DNA from: a virus
Lineage: Duplodnaviria > Caudoviricetes
Reading direction: 5' to 3' (one strand)
DNA: 64,000 nt
Virus record (IMG/VR): IMGVR_UViG_3300021431_000003
Coordinates: 159,529 to 223,528 of that record
The notes beneath the pieces were generated by a model. The model saw only the letters and a program-made list of their open reading frames with translations, did not search any database and had not been told where the DNA came from. The position numbers were made by a program, and so were the translations under genes. Positions 9,377 to 20,163 of this stretch are shown here, piece after piece (within the stretch, counting starts at the first letter, position 1; each line of letters opens with the position of its first letter).

Positions 9377-11686
9377 ATGAAAATCAACCCTAATCTTGTA
9401 GATATCTATAAGAAAGATACAATCAAGATTTCAAAACTACAAGAAGAATATATTAAGTGGTTTGATAGTCTACAGACTAGATATCCACTATCTTATTATC
9501 TAACTAATCAGGATATAGCTTATCTTTATAGATGTGCAATGTCACCAGCATTGAACTGCGATGTTAAAGAGAAGTATCATCTTATTGGTGAATTAATGAG
9601 AAACAGAGGCTTTGAGTTAATCGGTGGTGGTACTAACCGAAGAGCTTATAGATGTACATTTGAAGATTTGGTTATTAAGATTGCTACAGACCAAGTAGGG
9701 TTTACAAGTAATCTAAGAGAGTATCCGAATCAAAATGTAATCAAGCCTTTCTGTACTAAAATCTTCGGTACAGATTATAATGGTGTAGTATCAATGTCAG
9801 AACAGTTCATTCCGTTCAAAACTGTAGAAGAGTTTCAGAAGTATAGTCAAGATATATTTGATATCTTATATTTCAAACTCAGAAACAATGATATCGGTAT
9901 GGAAGATGTTGGTACTCGCTCATTTAAAAACTGGGGACTTCGTAACGGGTTTGGACCTGGAATGTTAGATTTCCCTACAATGTATGTATTGGACCCCACT
10001 AAGAGATTCTGTCGTAATATCGTCAATGGTCAGATGTGCGGTGGTACGTTAGATTATGATGAGGGTTTTAATGTAATTGTTTGTAGCGAATGTGGTAGAA
10101 CACATTTCGTTAGAACACTTGCAAAGAAAGATGGAGAAGATATCTCCAAATTATTACAAGCTGTTGGTTACCAACAAAGAAAAAGTGAAAAGGAGTCATT
10201 TAGTATGAAAATCAAACTTGTAAATCTTGAAACTGGCGAGGTTGAATCTGTTAGAGAAGTAGGTGGGAAGTCTAACTTCGTAGACCCTAATAGAAGAAAG
10301 AGACCCAGGCAGGTCATTAATCTTAATGAACCTCAGAAGAACACAAAGAAGAAAAAGGAAATCAAGTTCAAGGATGTAATTGTAGGTACGCTTAATCCTG
10401 AAACTGGTGAAATTGAAGATGGAACTGCTCCTAAGATTGAGACTAAAGAAGAACCTGTAATGACAACTGAGAAGAAGCCTATCATTACAGAAGATGAGAT
10501 TGAGAATCTTATTGACAAGGATAAGAAGCATTCTGTAGAAGAAGTTATCAATACGTTTGATAGACTTATTGTCGATACAACTATGAATTATGAAGGTAAT
10601 AACGACCCTAATAATGTCATGGATATTATTAATGTCATCAACAATAATATCAATGGTATAACTAGTATTCCTAAAGAGAAAACAGAGAGTATGTTTAAAG
10701 AACTGTCTGTAGCAACTCTTGACCTTAATTATTATGAGGCTACTTCTATAAGTGATGACACAATCAGAATTTCTAATAATACTATGATTGCACGTCTTGT
10801 ACAGAGAATTATCAGAAATCCAGAAGATAACTTTGCGGCATTTGAGAGACTCATTAATACTGTAAAGAATTCTGCTGCGTTCTTTGAAAGCGTAATCGGA
10901 TTCTTCAAGACAGTATTAGAGCATTTTAGCTATGATATTGAGGAAAAGGTCGGTGGAGAAGATTATCATTATATGTATAAGGATGTCTTTAATATCGCTA
11001 GAAAGGCAATCGCATATGTATTTGATGATTTCCTCTATAATATCATGCTTAACGGTGTTTCTAATTCGTTCAGTGGTCAGCTTGTCTATAATAGAAACAA
11101 TGCTTTTATTAAGCTTAGAGATTGTCTGAAGGAAATGTCTGAAGCATTTAATAATGCTGAGAAGGCTTCTGAATCTACAGACAAGACTGCATCTGTTCAG
11201 CTTTATAGACGTAACGATTATGCAGAACTTTATTGTTTCTTTACAGAGGAAGATGATGATAATGATAACGAATCTGAACTGGATGCATCAGATGATACTG
11301 AAGAGAACACGACTTACTCTAGCGAAGATAATGAAGATATCTCCGAAGAAGTATCAACTGAAAATAGCGAAACAGATGAAGAAGTTGAGACAGAAGGAAA
11401 CTCAACTGTTCAGGAAGAGATTTCAAACGTGGCAGAAGAGGAAGAAACTGAAGAAGAGATTCCTGAGAAGGATGCAGATGGAACAGTGGAAAACATTGTG
11501 GACAATGTATCTAGCTCTGAGTCTTCTGATAACACTTCTGATTCAAATGATGAACCTGATATTCCAGTAAGAAAGAAAGTAGTTGAACACATGCCTACTA
11601 ATACAGATGAAATTGACAGCTATAATAAGATGTCTAGAAAACAGAGAAGAAAGTTTGAGAAAGACAATAAAAAGAAGCGTAAGTAA
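9377..11686 (+). CDS. Ser/Thr protein kinase-like domain, Zn ribbon and acidic tail
   Basis: IGGGTNRRAY, VIKIA, NLRE, EDVGTRSFKNWG, MLDF; CGG...CSECG; E/D-rich C-terminus with basic end. Confidence 0.7.
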   Translation: MKINPNLVDIYKKDTIKISKLQEEYIKWFDSLQTRYPLSYYLTNQDIAYLYRCAMSPALNCDVKEKYHLIGELMRNRGFELIGGGTNRRAYRCTFEDLVIKIATDQVGFTSNLREYPNQNVIKPFCTKIFGTDYNGVVSMSEQFIPFKTVEEFQKYSQDIFDILYFKLRNNDIGMEDVGTRSFKNWGLRNGFGPGMLDFPTMYVLDPTKRFCRNIVNGQMCGGTLDYDEGFNVIVCSECGRTHFVRTLAKKDGEDISKLLQAVGYQQRKSEKESFSMKIKLVNLETGEVESVREVGGKSNFVDPNRRKRPRQVINLNEPQKNTKKKKEIKFKDVIVGTLNPETGEIEDGTAPKIETKEEPVMTTEKKPIITEDEIENLIDKDKKHSVEEVINTFDRLIVDTTMNYEGNNDPNNVMDIINVINNNINGITSIPKEKTESMFKELSVATLDLNYYEATSISDDTIRISNNTMIARLVQRIIRNPEDNFAAFERLINTVKNSAAFFESVIGFFKTVLEHFSYDIEEKVGGEDYHYMYKDVFNIARKAIAYVFDDFLYNIMLNGVSNSFSGQLVYNRNNAFIKLRDCLKEMSEAFNNAEKASESTDKTASVQLYRRNDYAELYCFFTEEDDDNDNESELDASDDTEENTTYSSEDNEDISEEVSTENSETDEEVETEGNSTVQEEISNVAEEEETEEEIPEKDADGTVENIVDNVSSSESSDNTSDSNDEPDIPVRKKVVEHMPTNTDEIDSYNKMSRKQRRKFEKDNKKKRK

Positions 11687-11696
11687 TCCTAATCGT

Positions 11697-11733
11697 GTAA
11701 GTTGAGGTGAGTTTTACACTTACCTCAACTTAC
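11697..11733. terminator. Hairpin/terminator overlapping a late-type promoter motif
   Basis: gtaagttgaggtgagt-tttac-acttacctcaacttac; AACT-taccaa-TAA at 11727-11739. Confidence 0.65.
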
Positions 11734-11761
11734 CAATAATAATATAAAAGGAGGAATTTCC

Positions 11762-12328
11762 ATGATTGGAAATATTTCAATTGCCACTAATTTCAATGAA
11801 CTGAATTTCATCATTCAAACAAGACTTAATACAAAAGTGTCTTCATATATGAGTAACGGCATGAATGCACCTAAGTGTAAAGTTATTGTTGTAGATGATT
11901 TTTGTCCCAGTGATAACAGAGATTATGTATGTGCTTCTATCTTACTTCCCGACAGTAAGTCTATGGAGTGTCTAATCGACGGTAACTACGCTCAGTTCGA
12001 TTATTTTTATAATATGAAACTGATGAATGACCCAGATATCAAAGAATATCTTGCCGTTATTATTACTGGATTGATGGAGAGATGTTATGATTATATCTTC
12101 TATTTTGATTTCCAGAATAATACAAATATGCAACCTATTGCACAGTCTTTGATTAACTTCTTAGACAGAAATCTTGGGTTGCTGTTTTATGATGCAGCTT
12201 GTATTCAACAGAATCCACAGGTACTATTTTATCAGTCTATGAGACCTGAAGCTATGGCTGCTAATAAAATGGCTATTGATTCTTATGGTTATTCAGATAA
12301 AGCACCATCTTTGTTTCAGCAATTCTAA
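11762..12328 (+). CDS. Hypothetical protein
   Basis: GGAGG RBS; shares an FDxxYxxxL motif with the next gene. Confidence 0.8.
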   Translation: MIGNISIATNFNELNFIIQTRLNTKVSSYMSNGMNAPKCKVIVVDDFCPSDNRDYVCASILLPDSKSMECLIDGNYAQFDYFYNMKLMNDPDIKEYLAVIITGLMERCYDYIFYFDFQNNTNMQPIAQSLINFLDRNLGLLFYDAACIQQNPQVLFYQSMRPEAMAANKMAIDSYGYSDKAPSLFQQF

Positions 12329-12339
12329 GAGGTGATTTT

Positions 12340-12828
12340 ATGATTATCTTTGGTAGTCCAGACGCACTGAAATATTGTAAGAGTAGAATAAATATAAATC
12401 TTGTAGTAAACTTCAACACAATGTTTGAGTGTGTACCTCAACTCATGTATCTGAATCCTTATCGTAATAATCAATATTACGGTAATACAAATTGTTATGA
12501 GTTCGACATGTGGTATGTAAACTATCTTGCTTCAACACAAGAAGCATTTAGAGAGTTTATCAATCTCATGAGAGAAGCTTATAACGGTAAGAACGTTTGG
12601 ATATTGGTAGACTTTTCTACTGAGACTGCATCAAATGTAGTTGAGACGTTGATTAAGTATATTATGGAAACTTATGGATATGCTTGTAACGTTGCTCATA
12701 CTCCAGACGATACAGAAAACTTTGTAGAAGGACAATTCTCGCCAATGGGTATTCAAATGTTTGATACTCATATGGAAAACTATCTTCAATACTTTGGAGG
12801 TAGAGGACTTGAATCTGATCCAGAATAG
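12340..12828 (+). CDS. Hypothetical protein
   Basis: GAGG RBS, in operon. Confidence 0.8.
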   Translation: MIIFGSPDALKYCKSRININLVVNFNTMFECVPQLMYLNPYRNNQYYGNTNCYEFDMWYVNYLASTQEAFREFINLMREAYNGKNVWILVDFSTETASNVVETLIKYIMETYGYACNVAHTPDDTENFVEGQFSPMGIQMFDTHMENYLQYFGGRGLESDPE

Positions 12829-12839
12829 AGGTAATTATA

Positions 12840-13625
12840 ATGAATGAGTTATATAAGAAGACATTATATACTATAAATGCAAAATGGCTTATTCACGAGA
12901 TCTTTGAATACGATATCTCTAAAGCGAATATATCCATACTATTACAGTATGGATATATTTCTCCACAAGAGTTCGATATGTATTCTCAGATGAGCAGAAT
13001 GCAAAGACAAATTGCAATCGGTAGACTTCAACAGAATCCTATGTATTCTTCTGCTATTAGTAGAGGATTTGAAGAAGCTAGAAAGAATCTAATAGTCTCT
13101 AACAATATCAAAGAAGATGAGATTGTATCTATTAAGAAAGATGCGCTTTATGTAATGAATAGACTAAATGTGACAGACTTCGATAATATTCACTTTACAC
13201 TTCGAGGAACATATTCAATGTTCTTGATTTGTATGGGGTTAGAGATATACTTCTTCTGGGATGAAAGAACTGATGATTATGATATTCAGATTAAAGGTAT
13301 TAGTGATGATAAGTTATATCTTCACGAAGCTTTCATATCTATTATATGTGATATCTTGAGAAATGTACAAAAGCAAGATATTCAATCTGCAATGATTATG
13401 ATTAGTCAGATTAGAGGTAAGTATGATAGTGGAGAACTTCCTACAGAATGTTATAGAGAATTTAACTCTTCGTCATGTTATAGACTTAAGGGTATGAACT
13501 ATGGAGTTGTTGATTTGACTCAAGATGAAATGCTAACTCTGTTACCACATATTGACAAGTCCTATAATTGTGCATTCTTATTGGAGTTTCATAAGATTTT
13601 GATGGAAATGATGTTTACCAGATAA
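12840..13625 (+). CDS. Small divergent family-B-like DNA polymerase palm protein
   Basis: EYDISKANISIL (motif A-like), VSIKKDAL (motif C-like), IQIKGI. Confidence 0.45.
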   Translation: MNELYKKTLYTINAKWLIHEIFEYDISKANISILLQYGYISPQEFDMYSQMSRMQRQIAIGRLQQNPMYSSAISRGFEEARKNLIVSNNIKEDEIVSIKKDALYVMNRLNVTDFDNIHFTLRGTYSMFLICMGLEIYFFWDERTDDYDIQIKGISDDKLYLHEAFISIICDILRNVQKQDIQSAMIMISQIRGKYDSGELPTECYREFNSSSCYRLKGMNYGVVDLTQDEMLTLLPHIDKSYNCAFLLEFHKILMEMMFTR

Positions 13626-13711
13626 CGAGAAACGTGCTCTTTGTAGCACGTTTCTTTTTTGTCTTAATAGTGGAACTTTAATATAAAGATTCTTGTAAAG
13701 GAGGAAACAGT

Positions 13712-16700
13712 ATGTCAACAAACTTTTTAAATAGACGTATGGATTTGCTACATAGCGTAGCAACAAATACGAACTTTCTTACTATGGATACTAGTTATCC
13801 TGTTAAGATTGCTGGTAAGATATTAAAGCTGTTCACTGCATCTAATATCTTTAATACAAATGATTGGGTACTTCAAAATACTGAAAGTGAACGTATTCTT
13901 ACAATTAGTTCTGACCACGTATATGACTTTGCAGGTAGAGTCATTAAAAATAATATCGGTGAAGAAAAAGCATATGCTACTAATGCCGATGTATATAAAA
14001 GTGAAGATTATGTAATGGTAATCATTGATTTTGATGATGAACATAGCAATGCTAACCCATCTATCCATCTTTGTTCTCAGACTAACTTTGAGAATCTCAT
14101 TACTAGTGGGAGTGGAGATGATTGTAAATTTAAATTATTTGATATAACTGGCGATACTCCAATGGGTAATGGTTTTAATTACGATATAGATACAGATGTA
14201 TTTGAATCTGCAATTGAATTTGATAATTTAGAGGATTCGCATGCTTTAATTCGTCATTCTTCTGATAATATAGTATATGAGTTGCCTATTAAAGATAATA
14301 ACAATAATTATTCTATGAAGCCAGTATCAAATTTAGAAACAATTGATATTAATAGTATTAACATGTCTATTCAAAATTTCATATACCCTTCTATAAGTAT
14401 TCAATCTAATAATATAACAGGAGGATTTGACAATCAAGACGCACTAGAACTATGTAAAGTATATAATGGTTCATTCTCTGACAAGTTTATAGAAGAATAT
14501 TGTTTTACTGAAGAAGAGATGCTTAATCTTGGATTGTGGAATGCTGATTATACTAACTATTTAAAATCATATTATAATAATATAAGCGGTGATAAATCAG
14601 AATATTACTATGTATTAAAGAGTAATAATAGAGAATTTGATAGTGATGAATTAGACGATGATCTTAAATTTACTCCTATCAAGATTAGTAATAACAAAAT
14701 AATGACTATAGATTATATATCTAATAATGCATTTACCGTAGGCGACAGAAAAGTAAATGTTACTTATATTGGAGAAAGTTCTAGATACTTTGGAAATTTC
14801 TGGAGTAGTGATTTAACTACTGGATATTCTTATTACTGGTATATTGGAGATTATGGTAAGCTAAATATTTATAATCTTACATTTATAAATGATAATGGAA
14901 AATCTGTAGACATAGACTCTTATAATGTTAACTATACAGATTATGTAAATAATGGTGGAGATATAAATAGTGCTGACCGTATATTCCATAAAAATTATAA
15001 TGTAACTGATGCTGAAGATAGTGAAGCTTATGTAAATCGTTTTATAGATTTCTTCTGTAATGATGATTCATCTTATAAATCATTTTTACTTGGTAGAGCT
15101 TACGGTTTATCTAATGGCACTTCTGGTGATAATGCTATTACCTTTAAAAGTGAATCTTCTAATTCAAAAGTTATATCTAATACAGTAATAATGTATCCAG
15201 AACTTTATGAGAACATATTGTTTGATAAAGAAGGAAATACATTTGCTCATTCTTCTGAGAAAATTAGAAATTTCACATCTCTATATAATGGAGAATCTAC
15301 AACTGATTTTGATAGAACAGATTATTATAATAATTCAAGAATTAGTGCTAGGTCTAATATAAATAATTATTATACTATATATGAGTTATTCGACCATGCA
15401 AATACTATAGAAAATGCTGTTCCTCAAGATGCATTAGTTGGTACTATTTATAATTACACAACCACAATAAATGGTACTAGCTATAAATATAAGTATAGAT
15501 GTAATAAAACATTGAATAACGACTATGGTAAAATACTTGTTATAACAAATAGAAATAACGTTACCAAAAAGATACTTCTAAATGTTGTAAACAAGCTCAT
15601 AGTTTCTAGAATAGCTGCGCCTTATTATACTGATATTAAACCAAGTTATAATAATGCGGAAATCGGTCATAGCTCTATTGTCGTAAGACAAGATATTAAT
15701 AGTGCTGCTGATTCTATTGATGTAGATGCTGATAATATTGTGATAAATTTAAATGGTGTATCATATCAATTATATAAGATTGTAAAAGATGGAACAAATC
15801 TTACTCATACTGCAGTAACAACAAGTAACTTTAAGACAAATTCTAGTTCAGAAACATCTAACTTAGAATACTATTACTTTATTACTAGTAGGAACGTATA
15901 TAGAATCAAGTATTTTTGGAAATCTGATGACACTTCTAAAACAGTAAATGATTATGATTATTATACAATATCTAGTCTATTTAGATATACAAGTGATATA
16001 ACAGAAGCAAACTGTCATGTTAATATGTTTACAAGGGCATATGTAGCAGCATATGTAAATACAGAAAATGCTACAGTAGATAGTGCTGTTAATTCATTTA
16101 ATAGCCTAAGAAGTTCTAATCAACTTTCTATTGTAGAATATGTGGTTAAGGCGTTTAACTTTTATCCAGTATCCCCATCTAATGATGAATTCATTGTAAA
16201 TTTAAATTTTACCTCTTCTATAGATGAATTTAGTGTATATACAACAGATTTGATAATTGATGACTTTTATCTGGTATATCCAAGAAATGTAGGAGATATT
16301 ACAAAGAATAACGGTACTGGATTAAGAAGAACTGATTTTTATGGTGATTATGTAGTTTATCAGAATGGTCAAATTCCATCACTATCTAATGTCACTAAAA
16401 ATGGTTCTCTAATCTACTCTATACAAAATTATAATAAGTTCATCCAAAAAGAACTTGTTAGCAATAGAATAAATACAGTTGAATTTAAATACTTAAACGG
16501 TGTTGGTATTAGAGAAGAATATTACGTAAACAAATCTCTATATGATTTCTATAATAGTGCTGTATCAAGAAATCTAGCAATACCTAAAGATGATGCAAAT
16601 AGTATCAGAAAATTCAACGAATCACCATTCAGTTTCTTTAAGAAATCTGATGTAGCTAATATAACTAATACAGAAAATATTAATGGTAAAATCAAATTCA

Positions 16701-17602
16701 AATCAGGAACATCTGATTATACACTGAAGTCTAATCTGTATATTTCAACAGATATAGATTCTTCAAATATCTATAACTTCAATAAATCTACAATTTATAG
16801 TAAAGAAGAAACACCTGGTAGTTCTGAAGTTAAATATATAGATGCCACAGCAGATTACTCATCTAATGATAATATATTTGTAAATATATCTAAATCTGGA
16901 GATAAAATTATATATTCTATAGCTATTAGCGATGCAAATATAACATCTCCGTCTATAGTTCCATTATCTGGTATGATGGATGACATAGATGATGATAAAA
17001 TTAAATGGGATTCTTTATTAGTAGCTCTTTTCAATGATAAATCTGTAGACTTATTGTCTAGTCCAATAAGACAAATCAAATCTTCGTTAAATACTGATTT
17101 AGTTGATACTGGACAAAATATTAATGATTCAGTAGATATCAACGATGATGTATCAACTTTAGCAAATTCTCATGATACTATTTTTGATGAGGATAGCAAA
17201 TACTATAAAGAACATAACGCAGAATTTGATAATAAACATAATGTATATAAATTTAATTATGGTTATGGATTTATAAATCAGAGAAGAGATATAAATAATA
17301 GAGGTGTAATAGTATTTGTATCCGATGGTTCTTATACATCTCAAATAAGAAGTGGTGTATCTGGAGAACAACCAGAAGATTACAAATATCAATTTACAGA
17401 AGGTAATATATACCCAAAACGCATGTATATTAACAATGATGGTATTCTTTGTACAAAGGAATACTTTGATAATGAGGCTGCTGAATATACTCCTGCTGGC
17501 GGTACTGAACCTGTATATCCAGACAATCCTACAACTATTGCAGCTCTTCTTAAGAAGATTGAAGAGCTTGAAAACAGAATTGCTGCACTTGAAGGTAACT
17601 AA
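13712..17602 (+). CDS. Large probable virion (tail/fibre) protein
   Basis: 1296 aa, N/Y/S-rich, C-terminal coiled coil IAALLKKIEELENRIAALEG, late-type motif 13674-13686. Confidence 0.6.
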   Translation: MSTNFLNRRMDLLHSVATNTNFLTMDTSYPVKIAGKILKLFTASNIFNTNDWVLQNTESERILTISSDHVYDFAGRVIKNNIGEEKAYATNADVYKSEDYVMVIIDFDDEHSNANPSIHLCSQTNFENLITSGSGDDCKFKLFDITGDTPMGNGFNYDIDTDVFESAIEFDNLEDSHALIRHSSDNIVYELPIKDNNNNYSMKPVSNLETIDINSINMSIQNFIYPSISIQSNNITGGFDNQDALELCKVYNGSFSDKFIEEYCFTEEEMLNLGLWNADYTNYLKSYYNNISGDKSEYYYVLKSNNREFDSDELDDDLKFTPIKISNNKIMTIDYISNNAFTVGDRKVNVTYIGESSRYFGNFWSSDLTTGYSYYWYIGDYGKLNIYNLTFINDNGKSVDIDSYNVNYTDYVNNGGDINSADRIFHKNYNVTDAEDSEAYVNRFIDFFCNDDSSYKSFLLGRAYGLSNGTSGDNAITFKSESSNSKVISNTVIMYPELYENILFDKEGNTFAHSSEKIRNFTSLYNGESTTDFDRTDYYNNSRISARSNINNYYTIYELFDHANTIENAVPQDALVGTIYNYTTTINGTSYKYKYRCNKTLNNDYGKILVITNRNNVTKKILLNVVNKLIVSRIAAPYYTDIKPSYNNAEIGHSSIVVRQDINSAADSIDVDADNIVINLNGVSYQLYKIVKDGTNLTHTAVTTSNFKTNSSSETSNLEYYYFITSRNVYRIKYFWKSDDTSKTVNDYDYYTISSLFRYTSDITEANCHVNMFTRAYVAAYVNTENATVDSAVNSFNSLRSSNQLSIVEYVVKAFNFYPVSPSNDEFIVNLNFTSSIDEFSVYTTDLIIDDFYLVYPRNVGDITKNNGTGLRRTDFYGDYVVYQNGQIPSLSNVTKNGSLIYSIQNYNKFIQKELVSNRINTVEFKYLNGVGIREEYYVNKSLYDFYNSAVSRNLAIPKDDANSIRKFNESPFSFFKKSDVANITNTENINGKIKFKSGTSDYTLKSNLYISTDIDSSNIYNFNKSTIYSKEETPGSSEVKYIDATADYSSNDNIFVNISKSGDKIIYSIAISDANITSPSIVPLSGMMDDIDDDKIKWDSLLVALFNDKSVDLLSSPIRQIKSSLNTDLVDTGQNINDSVDINDDVSTLANSHDTIFDEDSKYYKEHNAEFDNKHNVYKFNYGYGFINQRRDINNRGVIVFVSDGSYTSQIRSGVSGEQPEDYKYQFTEGNIYPKRMYINNDGILCTKEYFDNEAAEYTPAGGTEPVYPDNPTTIAALLKKIEELENRIAALEGN

Positions 17603-17676
17603 TAATTTATCGTTAGAGAGACCCGTCATTTGGGTCTCTCTAACATTATATTAAAATACTAAAAGGAGGTATTTAT

Positions 17677-19320
17677 ATGCTTAAAGGTGTAGATATTTCT
17701 AAATGGAATGGTAGTATTGACTTTTCCAAACTCAAGGGACAAGTAGATTTTGTCATTATGAGAGCTGGATATGGTAGACTTACTTCTCAAAAAGATGAAC
17801 GTTTTGAAGAGTATTATGCTGCTTGTGAAAGGCATGGTATTCCAAAGGGTTGTTACTGGGTATCTTATGCTACATCTGGTTCTGAAGCTATTCAAGAAGC
17901 TAATGCTTTTCTTTCTTGTGTAAAAGGTAAGAAGTTTGAATATCCTGTTATGTTTGATTATGAAGCATTTCCAGGATATGAAAAACAAAAAGAAGCTTCT
18001 GTCGCTAGAGAAGTAATCACCAACTTCATGGATACTGTAAAAAATGCTGGTTATTATGTAGGTTTATACTCTTACTATTCTATGTTTAAGAATTGTATTC
18101 CTAGTGATATGCAAGATGGTAGATATGATATCTGGCTTGCACATTATACTTCTTCTACTTCTTATACTAGTCATAAGATGTGGCAATATTCTTCTAAAGG
18201 AAGACTTAATGGGATCTCTTGTGAATTCGATATGAACTACTGTTATGTAGATAATTATCCAGAGATTATTCAGAAGGGTGGTTATAATGGTTATACTAAG
18301 AATAGTGAAGTTGTAACTCCTACACCAGTAGTAGAACATGTGAATGTAACTCATCCTATTGATTCTTCTACAACTACATATGAACAAAAACATTATGCTT
18401 ATAATGATAAGACCCAGTTATCTAAGCACTTTAATGTACAAGAGTTCAAGTGTAAGTGTGGTAAACAGCATGATATTGTAATCAATACTAGACTCGTTGC
18501 TGGTCTTGAAAAACTGTTTGAGAAGTTTAACTGCTCTATGATTATTGTAAACAGCGGATATCGTTGTCCTGAATATGATATCAAGATGAATGGCTTTGCT
18601 GGTAAACATTCTGTTGGTGATGCTGCAGATGTGGTATTCTATGATAAGAATAAAGCTGTTATTTCTACAAAAAAGATTTCCTGTGCTGCTCAAGATATGG
18701 AAGGTATATTCGGTGGTATTGCAAATACAAACAAGACTTATACAGAAATCCATCTTGATGTAAGACAAGGTCATAGATGGCTTGGTAATGAGATTGTTTC
18801 TAATAACACTGTTACTAACGACTTCTATTCTTACTATGGTCTTTCTAAGGAAAATGCATATAGTAAGACTGCTCCTGTTGTTGGAGCTAAGATTAATCTT
18901 AACAATACAAATTTATATGCTTCTTCTAATACATCTAATGTAGCTAGAAAACTCTCTGGTGACTATTATGTATATGATGGTCAAGTAGTAAATGGAAGAA
19001 TTCGTATTACTAACTCTGCTGATAAAGTAGGTAAGAATATGAATAATGTAACTGGTTGGGTAGATGTTGCATCTGTAACAAAGACTGCACCTAAGCCTGT
19101 AGATACTGCTATTACTGTTGGTAAAGAAGTAAAACTTAGCAGTACACCTATTTATGCTTCTGCAGGTGCTTCCAGATATTCTTCTAAGAAGACTGGTACT
19201 TACTATGTGTATAGTGATGAAGTAATTAAAGGAAGAGTTCGTATTACTAACTCTGCTGATAAAGTAGGTAAGGGCATGAGTAATGTAACTGGCTGGGTAA
19301 ACGTATCTGATATCAAGTAA
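17677..19320 (+). CDS. Endolysin: GH25 muramidase + peptidase M15A + two SH3-like repeats
   Basis: GVDISKWNG, FDYE, WQYSSKG (GH25); SGYRC, HSVGDAAD, HLDVR (M15); duplicated GRxRITNSADKVGKxMxNVTGWV. Confidence 0.9.
   Translation: MLKGVDISKWNGSIDFSKLKGQVDFVIMRAGYGRLTSQKDERFEEYYAACERHGIPKGCYWVSYATSGSEAIQEANAFLSCVKGKKFEYPVMFDYEAFPGYEKQKEASVAREVITNFMDTVKNAGYYVGLYSYYSMFKNCIPSDMQDGRYDIWLAHYTSSTSYTSHKMWQYSSKGRLNGISCEFDMNYCYVDNYPEIIQKGGYNGYTKNSEVVTPTPVVEHVNVTHPIDSSTTTYEQKHYAYNDKTQLSKHFNVQEFKCKCGKQHDIVINTRLVAGLEKLFEKFNCSMIIVNSGYRCPEYDIKMNGFAGKHSVGDAADVVFYDKNKAVISTKKISCAAQDMEGIFGGIANTNKTYTEIHLDVRQGHRWLGNEIVSNNTVTNDFYSYYGLSKENAYSKTAPVVGAKINLNNTNLYASSNTSNVARKLSGDYYVYDGQVVNGRIRITNSADKVGKNMNNVTGWVDVASVTKTAPKPVDTAITVGKEVKLSSTPIYASAGASRYSSKKTGTYYVYSDEVIKGRVRITNSADKVGKGMSNVTGWVNVSDIK
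19001..19272 (+). repeat. Intragenic duplication of cell-wall-binding repeat
   Basis: 35-bp identical block ttcgtattactaactctgctgataaagtaggtaag at 19001-19035 and 19238-19272. Confidence 0.9.
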
Positions 19321-19326
19321 TATAAA

Positions 19327-19356
19327 AAGAACAGGGACATAAAAGTCCCTGTTCTT
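19327..19356. terminator. Intrinsic terminator
   Basis: aagaacagggac-ataaaa-gtccctgttctt. Confidence 0.8.
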
Positions 19357-19413
19357 ATTCTTTGACTCGGAGAACTATTTAGTAATGACTTAATAATGTT
19401 AGGAGGTAATTGT

Positions 19414-20163
19414 ATGGAACAGGATAAAGTAATCCTTAATGGAAACGATTTCCCTGATATTACTATGTATTTAAACAACGGAAATCCTACTCTGAGAAGT
19501 CCGTCTTCTGTTTACGAAGTATCTTTAATGCAAACTAAAGAAACACTTGCTGATATTGATAGTTATAGCAGATTCATCAAGAATGCTATTACTCAATTTA
19601 GACATAATGGTAGATTCTATAAAGCATATAAAGCTCATTTAATGGAACTTGGTTTAGACCATTGTGCTTATTTACATAATGTAAGTTCTGATATGGCAGA
19701 ACTTGAAATGAATCATGTTATTCTTACATTATTTGATGTAGCTCTTATGATTTGTGAGCACTATATTAATACATATGGTCAAGTATCTACTTTCCATATT
19801 GTAGGTGCTTTAAGAGAAGAGCATAAACATAATAGAGTACCAATCATTATGATGTCTAAAACTGTACATCAGTTATATCATGATGATGATTTATTCTATG
19901 TACATCCTAGTCAAGTATTTGGCAAGTGGACTGAACTGATTAGAAATTACTATAATGGTATTACACCAGAGATTTGTAATAAACTGTTATATTATATTAG
20001 ACTTGCTCTTAAAGAGAAAGAGTCTAATGATAATGATTTGCTCACACTAGCAAATGAAATTAAGAATTGGAGCGAAAGGAATTATGGAAGTGTTATCTAC
20101 ACAACTGAATCTCCAAACCCTTATCATTATTGGAATAATCCTAATCCTGGTACTGGTTTTTGA
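19414..20163 (+). CDS. HNH-like protein, paralog of 62855-63622
   Basis: CAYLHNV...EMNHVILTLFD...MSKTVHQLYH; start after GGAGG. Confidence 0.6.
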   Translation: MEQDKVILNGNDFPDITMYLNNGNPTLRSPSSVYEVSLMQTKETLADIDSYSRFIKNAITQFRHNGRFYKAYKAHLMELGLDHCAYLHNVSSDMAELEMNHVILTLFDVALMICEHYINTYGQVSTFHIVGALREEHKHNRVPIIMMSKTVHQLYHDDDLFYVHPSQVFGKWTELIRNYYNGITPEICNKLLYYIRLALKEKESNDNDLLTLANEIKNWSERNYGSVIYTTESPNPYHYWNNPNPGTGF

